Under the pieces are notes generated by a model. It saw only the letters and a program-made list of their open reading frames with translations, did not search any database and was not told where the DNA came from. A stretch of 63,856 nucleotides of DNA, the filler included, from Sluysia triapertura (lineage: Eukaryota): the NCBI GenBank assembly GCA_046118255.1. It is 4 parts of 4 records of this genome, joined end to end, with 100 filler letters (N's around TTAATTAATTAA, not from the genome) between each part and the next. Parts side by side here need not be neighbours in the genome. Positions count along the whole stretch, not along the records: positions 1 to 14,784 come from JBJNIA010248868.1; positions 14,885 to 29,264 come from JBJNIA010261730.1; 2 more parts are not named here. One strand, written 5' to 3'. Below are positions 13,139 through 25,801 of the stretch, piece after piece; position 1 is the stretch's first letter, and each line of letters starts with the position of its first letter. A program made the translations under genes and the position numbers.

Positions 13139-14359
13139 TCAATCTCCGTACATTGATGGTAAATTATTATATTCGTAAACAGGAGGTGGTGCCAATGGAA
13201 ATCCGGGTGGCGGCCCAAAGTTACCTCTGTGCGGAATAGTATATCCATCGTCATCGTCATTATTTGGAGGTAAACATGGATATCTACATCTATTTGACAC
13301 AAACATAATAATTATCAATACAACTATTGATAGAGCGATGATAAACAATATTGCTGCTAATACTAGAATCAAAAAAACTGGATCATTTTTTAACATTTCC
13401 GATAATAATAGATATTTTCTTGTTCCTTTTAGGGCGAAATACAATTGTTCTAATCTTGCTGGTGCTACATATATTCTAGCGATAATATGTCGTTCTTCAT
13501 TGGCCAAAAAGTCAGTACATTTAGCAATAGGGTTTATCAAATTATTGATATAATATTCCTTCACATTCCAAGAACTAAAGTTGAGTCTAGCTGGTTTTAG
13601 GCACACAAATCTCACTTGAATATCATTCTGCAATACTTTAACTCTTACTTCAGTATTATAATTACGAAATTCAAGATACTCGGTTTTATAAATTTGTACA
13701 TCATAAATATTACACTGTACCGCAGTGATTATCATAAATAACAATAAAGGTATCAGATTTTTATTGACAGTGAATGGACATATCTTTTTACTAATATCAA
13801 TTACATGCAGTATGATCCACATTGCATATATTACTATAAGAATTACTGAAATAGGAATACGTTTGTATATTAATGTAATAACGTTAGGTACTATATCGTT
13901 TGTTAGATTATTTTTACTTTCAACTCTAAATGCACATTTGTTCGTGTGCCTATTCTGCACCAAATTTTGCACTTTCCTCGTGTTTCGCTTTGTATCTAAT
14001 GTAAATGCTATCAGCATTGGTCTATATGCATATTGCAAACAACGTGGAATCTTATTTATGTGATGCGGTTTACCTATTAATAATGGTTCTAAATAAATTC
14101 AATATATATCGAACATTTTCTTCGAAGCATATTTTATTTCCCTATATTCACTGTAAATGTTTGTAATTGATATCTTTCGTTCTTTCCCATTATTAATAGC
14201 AGCATACAAATTTCTATATTCCTCATCCTCTTCAATATCTATAGCTTTAGTAAAATTAATTAAGGATAAGAATATAATTATAACTATTAGTAATGCTGTC
14301 CTCCATGATTTCTTCTGATTATTTATTTTATTCAATAAATAATAAATAACATTATTCAA
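13139..14359 (-). CDS. Multi-pass membrane (poly)protein (cargo ORF-A); one frameshift near 14130 joins the 86-aa and 299-aa ORFs
   Basis: N-terminal signal-like segment, internal TM, second signal-like segment (LIPLLLFMIITAVQC), second ectodomain and a long TM. The cytoplasmic tail contains DDDDGYTIP and PPPVY. It is intronless and its stop lies 3 bp from the ORF-B ATG. Confidence 0.55.
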
Positions 14360-14589
14360 TTCAATAATTTTCTAAATAATAAATATTAATAATATTATTT
14401 AATAATTTTGCAAATAATAAATGTTTAATAATTTTAACTTTAAAATTAAAGTAATGATGTTGGGATTGTCTTAGTTAGTGTATAGAATTTAAAAAAATAT
14501 ACAAGAAAAAATGATGTAAAATAGTTGAAATATGACAATATAAACGTAATTAGTGAATAGTGAAATATTTATAATCATTTTGAAACAGA

Positions 14590-14784
14590 AGAATACCTTG
14601 GAGTTCCAAAGACCTTTGTAGGGTATTGAGACCCTTGTGAAGACTTAAGTAAGGGTTTGGAAAAATGTCTTGAAGTATGAAGATACCTTTGAACTTCGGA
14701 ACCTTTTGATCATTTTAGACCTTGTTGAATGATCTTGTTGATCTTTCGGAATCCTTGAAGACATTTAAGATCTTAATAAACTTT
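14590..14784 (-). repeat. Dispersed repeat R1, copy 2 (cut by gap)
   Basis: Similar to 1060-1215 in the same orientation. Confidence 0.7.
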
Positions 14785-14884
14785 NNNNNNNNNNNNNNNN
14801 NNNNNNNNNNNNNNNNNNNNNNNNNNNNTTAATTAATTAANNNNNNNNNNNNNNNNNNNNNNNNNNNNNNNNNNNNNNNNNNNN
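14785..14884. other. Scaffold gap with artificial TTAATTAATTAA linker; same at 29265-29364 and 52230-52329; plain N gap at 22931-23060
   Basis: Identical 44N-12mer-44N layout at three sites. Confidence 0.95.
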
Positions 14885-14892
14885 AGTATAAA

Positions 14893-14953
<61 letters not shown>

Positions 14954-16842
14954 ATAAAAATATTCTTGAAAACCCAACATATAAATAATACTTATATAAT
15001 TAATGAAAGTTGGATTAAATGAATGTTGCAGAATCGACATCTACAAATAGAATATTGAATAATTTAATACATTAATATAATTTAATGTACAGGAACCTAG
15101 TAAACAAAATTCTATATTTCTTACAATATGCAGAGATTTATTAAATATGTCCGTATAAATGAACAACAAAAATAGTACAACATGATTAATTTTGATATCT
15201 AAAATCAATAGATTTTTACAATTTGGTAATTAAATTTTATATTTATGCGGTGAACACTATTTCTACGATAATTTGGGTTATTAGACAAATCTGCATTATA
15301 TATTTCTATATTATATATTATAAATATATATTATATATTAAAATAGTTGTCACAGAAGAAAATACAGATATAAAAACTAAGAAAATAAACACTCAATACA
15401 GTTTTAATACTTTAGTTAGAGAAATTTTAATTGTAAAAAATATAATTATTAATTTTTGTTTTTTGTTATCTAAGATTAATCCCCATAATATCATATACCA
15501 AAAAAATTTATATATATATATATTCATACCGATGTGACAGAATGTGTAGTGAAAAGAGCAGTAAAATTGCAATATAGTGGCCAACGTGGTACAGTTTATC
15601 CATTGTATCGTTCATATCATTAATAATGACTGCAGATACCTGTTTAGACGCATTTCAAACAGATAAAATAAGAATAAGTAGTGACTTAATAATAGAAGTA
15701 AAAAATGGAATCTTAAAATATTATCACCTTGCAGTCGGAAGTTATTCTGAAAGCAAATATGGATTTTGTACGCAGGGACATTATAACTTAGACAGAATAA
15801 CCTAAAAAATATAATCCCAATCATATTATATACCAAAAATGGCACCATTGCAATGTATTAATTATTTTTTTAAGTACACGTAGGAATTCATTTATTATAC
15901 ACTGAATTATTTATTCGAAAAAGAATTTCATTAACACTGTATAAATTTTATTTAAAATTTTCAGTATATTTTTTCATCAAATATAGATGAATATGAAAAT
16001 TGTTCGAACAATAGAAATAGTTATATTAGTTTAACAAACCTCAACACCGATTCCACAAATATTCGCAACGACTTTATATGAAGCATACCAATAAAACATT
16101 CGGCAAAGTTCACCTTCAACCATCTAAATGTCACTTGCTGAAATTAATAAAGCAATTTCATATTATTCCGAATTGAAACGATTTTTAATTATTAAAAAGC
16201 TTTACGAATAAACTCATTTGTGATGCAGATTTCTTTTACTTCATTAATCATTATTAATTTAAAAATAAAATTTATAATTAATTAAACTGTTTTTTCAAAT
16301 GTTGTTATGGCAATGCTTTACATAAATGCTTGTGTGATGATTTTGTAAATTCTTTGATAATTTATTTTGTTTTAGGCAAAATGTTTTAATTAGTTAAGCA
16401 AACAATAAAAATATATTTTTTAGCAGTTAGTCGAATACAGATCAACATAATAACAATAAAATTTTGCGAGACCATTTTTTGTTTTTACCAAACCACAATC
16501 GAAACCATTAATTCAAGCTTCACAGATCACAGATCAGCTATTCATTTCAGGTGAATAACTTGTGGTAAATATCACAAAATGATGACTGAATAATTTTTCC
16601 ATTTTCAACTCTTAATTTAAACCGTCCTTATCTAACAAATCATGATTCTAACTCGTTTTTTATGTTGCAGATGGAAATGCGAACAAAATTTTAAATTTAT
16701 ATTCAGTTTCCAACCAAATTACCCACTTATTTATTCCTAATTTGCATCACAATTATTTTAATGTAAACATAAATTAAAATACTACACCTGATGAAAAATT
16801 TATTTTATTAATTTTAAAAATTATAATTTATTTACTTGTTTA

Positions 16843-17712
16843 TGTGGAAATTTTAAGATAATACTTACAGGATAATATAAAATTTTTTAACGTGAGTCCA
16901 CCAACGTACTAGGCTTACTAGTTAGGGCTAGCCGTTGGATTTATAGAGAAAAGATTTTTTAAGTAAAGATGGGAATAACTTCCTAAGGTTCTGTGAATTT
17001 ATTATGATACTCTTAACTTAGTGAGACTAATCAAATAATTTTTTATATTAATTCAGAATTTAAATACTTAAATGCTTATCAGTCAAATCTGGTTGAGTTA
17101 TTTCAAATAATAATAATAATAATAATAATTTATTAATGATTTTTCGGGAAACTATTATAAGTTTCGAAATTAATTACAAAAATTTATTTTAAGTGGATTT
17201 TACGGGGATATTTTTTATATCCAAAACTTAACATAATAAACTAACGTAGCTTTTTCTGAAAAGGAAAATTTCGGTAAGTTTTATATTCAATTTTCCAAAA
17301 TTTGTAAACACTTTAAAGATTATGTCATTCTTGCCCACTCTTCGTCCGAATAAAATATTTATAAAAATTTGGTTGAAGTTGTCAAAAAATAGTGTGTGAA
17401 AGTTTTAAATTTTATGTGTATTTATACCTAATTTAACTGGCCTTGGCCAGGTTAAAACAAAATATTTATTTTAATTATTAAAACAAAAATAATTCGATTT
17501 AAATTTAATTTTAAAAATATTAAAGTTTATATTTAATTAATAAAATTATTCACGTTAGTTTACTTAGTTTATTTCAATAACAATAGGAATAATTAATAAT
17601 TTAGATCCAATCCAAAAACAAAAATTAATTAATTCAATAATTAATTAACAATAATTAATTCAATAAAATTCAATAAAAATCGATAATTAAAACAAACAGT
17701 CATTAATAAATT
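16843..17712. mobile_element. LTR-like repeat (family L2), copy a
   Basis: Starts TGTG. Shares AACGTGAGTCCACCAACGTACTAGGCTTAC.AGTTAGGGCTAGCCGTTGGATTT and CTGGCCTTGGCCAG with 24730-25801. Confidence 0.65.
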
Positions 17713-18747
17713 TGTGAGAAAAGTAAAGTAAAAGTAATAGAATAAAATAATTATCAAGGTGAGTTCACCAACATACTGACTTACCAGTTAGGGTCAGCCA
17801 TTGGATTTTAAATATCCAAGTAAAGTCTATTCTCAAAAGAATTGCTAGTACTTACGTTCTCTAATAACTGTCTATTATTTTGAAAATATAAATTAAATCG
17901 AAATTTATTTAATGATTTTTTGTAAATTCCTTTATATGGAATCTTTATGTTAGATTTTTCGTTGATAGAGTTAAATTCTATCTTTCTGAAAGCAATTGCA
18001 ACTCTTGATTTTTTAGAAATTGAAAATATGTAAATAACTAATTAATTTCAAAAGACTTTATTATTAAATTATAGAGAAAACGGATAATATACCGTTAATA
18101 GTAATAATAATAAGTTTACAAAAAACTATCTTGAGTTAGTTTAGTAATAAATATCTATTTTAAAAAATTTATTTTTCAACGGATCTACTATATGATCCAA
18201 AGACAATTTAATAATTTTTCGCGTATTTTGAGTGTGATATATTATAAATATCAAACTTACGATAATTAAACTAATGTGATTATGTGACAGTAAAGTATCG
18301 AAATTTGATCAATTATCTTTGATGATTGAAAACACCTTTAATAAGGATAATGAATTGAGATACTGATTGTTGTGGTCAGACTAAAACAAGTCATTTAAAT
18401 ATTTAAAATAATTATAATAATCACGTTAGTCTAAAATTTTACGTTTTATTTATTTTAAAAAATTTTAGACAGTATAATAAATTCTTACTTTAAATAATTA
18501 ATTCCAATAAAATATTGTAATAAAAATCAAAATATTAATTAATTCCAATAAAATTTTGTAATAACAATCAAGATATTAATAAAGTTTTTTAAGATATCAA
18601 CATAAACATACAATTAATCACAATTAGTCATTGATGTTTATATTTACAAATTGTTAATCATTATAAAATTCAATAAAAATCGATCAATTTATTATTCAAC
18701 ATTATTCAGCTCAAAAATTAATCACTATCTTACAATACGTTTACACA
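17713..18747. mobile_element. LTR-like repeat (family L2), diverged copy b, tandem or nested with copy a
   Basis: TGTGAG start and ACA end, ~1.03 kb. Contains GTGAGTTCACCAACATACTGACTTACCAGTTAGGGTCAGCCATTGGATTT and shares ATAAAATTCAATAAAAATCGAT with copy a. Confidence 0.6.
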
Positions 18748-20989
18748 ATACGTCAATACTTTGTACTTTATACATTAACAAGATTATTAGAAATTAATCT
18801 TAGAGTAATATGTTAAAAAAATATTTTAATTACCTACTTTAGTAAAGAGTAGCTCTGTTAATTCGAGAGATTTTAAGTGAAAATTTAAAATATGCAATGT
18901 TAAAAATTGTAAAGTAATCTAAATTAATTAAACTAACGACAAAAATACAATCTTTTCGATTTTATGAAGATAGTTCTGGAACGCGGATTGGTTTTCTTGA
19001 TAAATGATATCAAAAATCGTTATATAAAATTTTAAAGAATTTTAATGATGTACTTAACTGTGAGAGTTTTGTCATAGTGCTGCATCTTAAATATTAGAAA
19101 AGTGACCTTGAAAGTCAATAGCTATTTTAAACAATAACGATTTTAAATAAAAATTTTCTGTATTCCGAAAAATCAGATTAATTTATTTTGTTATTAAAAA
19201 AATGATGATAAAAATAATTTACTTACTTTAAAATTAAATTTATAATCCGTAACTAAGATTGTTATTTAAATTTATTTGAATGAACTATAAATCTTACTAT
19301 ATTATATACATATAAACATACAAACTTTATTACTATAACTATAGAAGATATGAACTTTACTTTGAACTTTATAACAGAAATGTTAAGAAATAAAATAGAA
19401 CATACGAAAATAAAGAGAAAATTATTACATTCTTCATAACAAATTGCTGATATAAAATTAGGCAAACCATAGGTCATCAGCGCATCATTATGTAAAATCT
19501 AGTGAAATTGATTGCTCGTGAGTTGACAAGTGATTCTGATTTAAATCAAAACCTTTCTTGATAAACAATTGAAAAGCAGTGATTCATCTCACGAACAAAC
19601 CCAAATTCAAATTTTCACGTTTTGATTTCCAGATTATCTTTAAGGGAAATTAGCAACTTTTACATTAATTTACCAAAAGATCGTAACTTTTGCTGTTATA
19701 AGATTCCTCTTATTTAATGTAATTTTTTCTAATAGTATCAAAATCAATAATATTACAATAATATTAAAAGATATCATATTATTATAAAGTTATCATAATT
19801 TGTATTATATTGTCTCTTGTTATTAGAATTGTGTAAAAGCTTTTCTATTTTGATAATTCCATCTTGTATATTATATTCTATTAGTGTTACAGTGAATATT
19901 AGTAGTACTCAATTACTTGAGTTATTTAATTTAATAATATAAAAATAGCTACGATCAAATAAAGAAAGATATGGGGTAAACGATTTAAGTTTTCGTTTGA
20001 ATCGCAGTAGTTAAATAAATAATTGGAAAATTTTAATCAAGTTTTATTTAGTGAATTAGACGTAAGCTTGATAAATCACCTAAAAAGAAATATGAGTTGA
20101 AAGAAGTTCCTGTATTCGTTCAATATAAAATAGTAATGTTAACGCTACTAAATTAATTGGACTTATATTTTATAATTTAAAATAATGAGATCGCATGAAC
20201 CTACATTCAGTTATTTCTTTAATCATTGTAGGTTCTCTCCTAAGAGCATAAATCGTCCACTATAGGCGAATCCTAAATTAAATACTTTTTGGAAAATTTC
20301 TAAGAACACTTGCAGAATTGATATTATTTTTATATTCTTTATTCTGAAATAAATCTTAAATATAATTAATTTTATTAAACAATATTAAATACAATGTTTA
20401 ATCTGAAAACAATTAATAATCGCATATGTTTGACTATAATACCTTTTCTACATGAATAAATTGATAAATTAGTCGTTTTTGTTTGATTAAAATATCAATA
20501 TTAGTATTTCATACTTGTTACAGTTGGATGTGTTTTTTGTTCTAATTCACGTTTTTCTTTGGCACTGATGAGTTAGATTTATGAACATTCTTACAATTAG
20601 ATTATATATGCGTTAAAAATTTATTACTCGTTTAATTATTAATTATATTGTATTTTTTAATATTTAAACATGTACGTGTTATGTTACATTAGAAAGTTAA
20701 GTACAATGTTGACTAAATTACAAATAGAAATATTTTATTAATTCTTTTGTAAACTTTGTAGCGTTAAACTTAATGAAAAATAACTTTTTAAAATTAACAT
20801 TTCTTTAATAAATAATAAATCCACGTTTAAGAGTAAATAAGTTATGTATGTTACTTTTGTAGTTTTCAAATTTAATTTAAATTTGAAGTTTATAAAAATT
20901 AAGTAAACATTGTGTTTGTTATTTGAAAAAATGGCATTAATCGACTTTAATTTGAATAATTTAAAAATTCTATTTGCAAACGAAAAAAG

Positions 20990-22571
20990 GAAAATAAAAT
21001 GACAAATTTATTTTGATTATATAATCATAGAATTTGTTACAATTATTGTAAAATGTTCTACCATTTTAAAGATTAGGCCGGTTTCTGAACACGCCATTAG
21101 AACAAGTTTATGTTTCCATAAATAGAAATAATTAAAATTAAATGATTGAATATAAATAATATTAAATTTTACTTTTGATAATAAATTGTTATCAAGGATA
21201 TTCGGTAACATATAATCTTTCATCTCAATCTTGTCGATTGTGAAGCTTAAATTAAAATGTTTCGATGAGAAGATTTATCCGATTCCTATGTTGATTGTAA
21301 TTGGTATCTCCAATTTCGTTATGATCGATTTCTTCGATACTGTGATAATATTTGCAGGCTTTGCCAGACTTAATACATTTTTCAAATTCATTAGTTTGAG
21401 AACTACATTGTTCTAAGATTTTGTGAACAATAAGTTTTGCGTTTGAATAAGTTTGTTGATGAAATTGATTATTGGGTTAAGTTTATTACTTCATTTACCT
21501 CTATTTTTGTAACTTTTCGTCGCTGGTAATTTGGTATTGTTTTGAACATTAATAAAACTTGTTCGACTTTACAGATACATTGCCTCTGTGTCTGTCATCT
21601 TGTTATCCAAAATACTATGATCGTCTTTTCTTAACATAATATTACGAACAATGAGCCGAAAATCTGTGCGATTTTGATTACTTAATGATTGAAATAACAG
21701 TTTTACATAAAAATATTATTTATTATGGAAGGTGAATTTTATACGAGACGGTAGGCATTACTTCTAGTAGTCTAGACTTAAAATTGACTTCATGTTGTTC
21801 TAAAGATCTCTACAAGTACGAAAACATAATGTCTAAAAGTTTGTTCATTGTTGTATTAGAAACATGATTAATCATAACGAATTCGAATTCGGTATTTTTT
21901 ACCTGAATACCACGATTTACATCTAAAATTGCATTAATTGTTACATTCCATTATTCCGGCATTAACGTATTGGTAACATGATTTTAGACACTAATGATAA
22001 AGACTCCAATTTTATTTGTGTTGATGGAGAAAGACTAGCACTACTGCTGTGGATGTTCTTTTCTAATTTTCTTGAATCGTTTAGATATGATTGTGGAATA
22101 TACCAATTTAACATTAAATTAAGGACATTGAATTCATCAGTATAAGTTAATTTTGTCTCGCGATTTATCAATGATGTAACAGAATATCTTATATCACTAA
22201 TGATTACAAACTTAGTCAAAATAGTTTCTTCATAATATTTAATTTTTTCTAAATGTTTATTAACTACCAAAGCTATCGTACCATTACAATCAGAAGCATT
22301 CATATCATCGGAAATTTTGACGTTATGGCTTATTATTAAAAGAAAATGTTTTCTTAGCGTATAATGTTATTAAAATGAATTTCGAAAACTCGAAAATGTA
22401 TTGTCGTTGATAAGGTAAGTTATCATTATTGAGGTTTGTAAAATAATTTGACTTGACATTGTTCAATGTAGATGATGACTTTAATCGTTTATAGATGAAG
22501 TTAAACAATTTAATCAACTTTAGATGTATAACAGAATTTTTTATTCTTTCTACTAAAATTGGTTTCATCAT
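20990..22571 (-). pseudogene. Decayed ~1.6-kb intronless ORF, unknown family
   Basis: Chain of same-strand open fragments (22323-22571, 21962-22303, 21017-21223) separated by stops or frameshifts. Confidence 0.35.
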
Positions 22572-24729
22572 AATTTAATTTTTTACTAATATTAGTTTTT
22601 ATTTTGTGTAAATATTGTGCCATAATTTTTTTATTGTTTGAGACATAAAAAGCAAAATTGTGATATACTCACGATCAGTGATTAATAATGTGCCTTGTGA
22701 TTGGACGTCCAGTAATAGTAGCATTAAATATAATTCAAAATAGAATTGATTGGACATCCAATCAACTAAGCAGAAAACATTAATTAAAAGTAATGTTGTA
22801 AAAATGAATGTCTGTCACCAAAGCTGAACAGAAATGATAATTAAAAATAATGACAGGTAATTTCACTCAATGCAGCTGATAACAGCAAATTCCTCTATGT
22901 ACAAATGATCTGTCTAAATTGACACAATGANNNNNNNNNNNNNNNNNNNNNNNNNNNNNNNNNNNNNNNNNNNNNNNNNNNNNNNNNNNNNNNNNNNNNN
23001 NNNNNNNNNNNNNNNNNNNNNNNNNNNNNNNNNNNNNNNNNNNNNNNNNNNNNNNNNNNNACATAAACTTATTTCTTTTAGATACATACATTTCTCTTCT
23101 AGTTCTTGTAGATTAAATTCTTTTTGGTTTTAGATGTTAAAAAGTGATTTTAAAATAAGAATTTGATGTCTTTAAAAGATGTTAAAGTTTGAGTATTGAA
23201 GGATTGAGAACTTAAAAATGTTTTAGATTAATTTTGAATAGTATGATTGATAATTTGAGCTGAACATTGCGATTGAAATGTTGTGAACTTGAAATGTTTT
23301 GAATTATTTTAAAATGTATAAATCATACTTTAAGATGTAAATTGTGATTCTAATGTTGTGAGATTACAATTTAAAAATGTTTTAATGAAATTTTAAATGT
23401 ACATTAATGGTTTTGAATGTGAGTATAATTTTAATGTTAAAAAATTGTGAATTTAGTTGTTTTGAAATGTAAAAAGGTTTTAATAGATCTGAGAAATATA
23501 AAATATTAGTAAATGTAATATTGCTAATAAAATAATTATTTTGAATTTTAAGTTAAAGGTTGGCCACCACACCATGTTTTACAAAAAATAATTCTTATTT
23601 ATTATTCAACATATTTTTCAATTGATAATCCTTAAATTAAATTCTTATATAACATTCCTTGCTAAAATCAGCAAGAAAAAAGGAACTAAATTATAATTTA
23701 TTATTAGAAAGGAAAAACAAAACATTTATTTATGAACATATTCGTTATTTTCATTTGTGGCTTCTTTAAATGTGAAAACATATCATCTTAAATAATTATA
23801 AATTTAGCTGAATTCGTCTGCGATTCAAGACTTACAAATATGACAGCATGCCCATAGGATTTTAGAAATTATCAATATCAACAAAGAAGTATGTTTACTC
23901 TCTTCAAATATTTAGAAGTTATTTTAACTAATTCAATTGATTTATATTTTTTATGAGTAATCAATAAATTCAGATAATTACTTTACTTATCAGTAAAGTT
24001 TAAAATAGATATAAACCTCTTTTTAAAATGAGGTATAAAATAGTGATTTTAATTCACTATTTAAAATGGGAGGTCGAAATATTTTGAGTTTAATATATTT
24101 GTATTTTAATCTTCTATTTAAAATGAAGCAATATAGTTTATGCGGGAAATATTAATAAATATAACTGCTTTACTATTGGAATTAATCTTTTAATAAAATA
24201 ATAAATTACAATAATATAAAAATAAAAGTTTAATTATTTAAAAAATGTTTTTAAATAAAGTAAATGAGATTTTAATTAGATTTTAATGCGATATTTAAAA
24301 TACACCGTGCAAAAATAATTGAAAAACATTTGATATATTTTAGCATTTTTTTGAAAGTGCGAAAACTTATTAATTACAAAACTTGCGGTTATAATCTCAT
24401 TAATTATGGTTAATTGATTAATTTACCACAATTAATATGATAAAAATAGGTATATAATTAGATGTGAAATTACGATAAATTGAAAAAGATACTTAAAATG
24501 TCGCATATTGTTCAGTTTTTTTGTTAGTTTTTAAATTATACTTATACTATGTTTTGTTGTTTGCATGTGTCATAGTTAATTATTTTTAATAATTATTTTC
24601 ATTAGATATTTTCATTCATCTTTAACACTTCAACATTTATTTTGAGTGAAATTTATTTTTAAATACAAAATGCGATTATTTTTAAATATAAATTATAATT
24701 TCCAATATTATTATTATTATTATTATTGT

Positions 24730-25801
24730 TGTGAGATATTTAAAGTAGGATTTTAACGTGAGTCCACCAACGTACTAGGCTTACCAGTTAGGGCTAGCCG
24801 TTGGATTTGTGGATAAAAGATTTTTAAGTAAAGGTTAGTAAAACGGTCTAACGCGTGTGTGATTTTGCTATTCTTAGCTTAACAATTATTGATTTTCGAT
24901 TTTAGTAAGCACTGGAGGTATATAAGTTATCTTTAGTATTAAGTTTTCTAAATGATTAAAGCAATTATTTAATTGTAGAAATAAATAATTTATGAAGTAT
25001 TTTACGAGGATCCTATGAAAATGATCGATAAAATGATTTTACGGGATTATAGTTAAATTCTTATCGTTGAAATCGTTACTCTCCTGAAGATTTTACAATT
25101 AAAGCTATGAAATTTAACAATAACGAATAATTACTTGAAAAAATTTATTAAGCAATAGATAAACGAAGGTACAATTAAAATATAATGGAATAAATAACTA
25201 ATTTACGAGGAATTAATTCAATTCCTGATATAATAATATTTAATAAAGATTTTGCGTAAGATCTATTTTAAGATCTTTTTGAAAAATAATTACAAAATAA
25301 GTTTAAGTATATTTTACGTGGATATATGTCGTATATCTGTGACTTCACACAACAAACTAACGTATTATTTTGATTAAAATGAGATTTGTCAAGCAGGATT
25401 CAGCAGGGATAGAATAAAAATTTTGTTCTCTCAAAAAATGTTGAATTTGTAAAATTATGTTTGTAAAATTGAATTAAAAAATTGTGAAATACTTGAACAA
25501 TCTTGCGACTATTTATAGTCGACTTAGCTGGCCTTGGCCAGATTAAAACAAATTATTTTAATTAAAGCAAATAAAAAATTTTTAGAAATTAAATTTATAT
25601 TTAATTAATAATTTAAAAATTACTTACGTTATAAAAATAATAATCCAATTAAAATATCAAATTGATTAAAAATCCAAAAATTATAAATTACAAGATAAAA
25701 TTACAAATAAATATTAAAAATTAATAAATGAATTAATAAAAGTCATAATATCGAAAGCCATAATATCAAAAGTAATAATATGTATCGTAATATATTACAC
25801 A
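24730..25801. mobile_element. Solo LTR-like repeat (family L2), copy c
   Basis: TGTGAG...ACA, ~1.07 kb, with a near-identical 55-bp block shared with copy a. No clean TSD found. Confidence 0.65.

Noticed and set aside
10719-14063. Plus-strand ORFs over the cassette (10719, 10973, 11500, 12978, 13338, 13725)
   Set aside because: Antisense shadows of the minus-strand coding frames.
14829-14840. TTAATTAATTAA motif repeated three times in the window
   Set aside because: Always centred in 100-bp N runs; an assembly linker, not biological.
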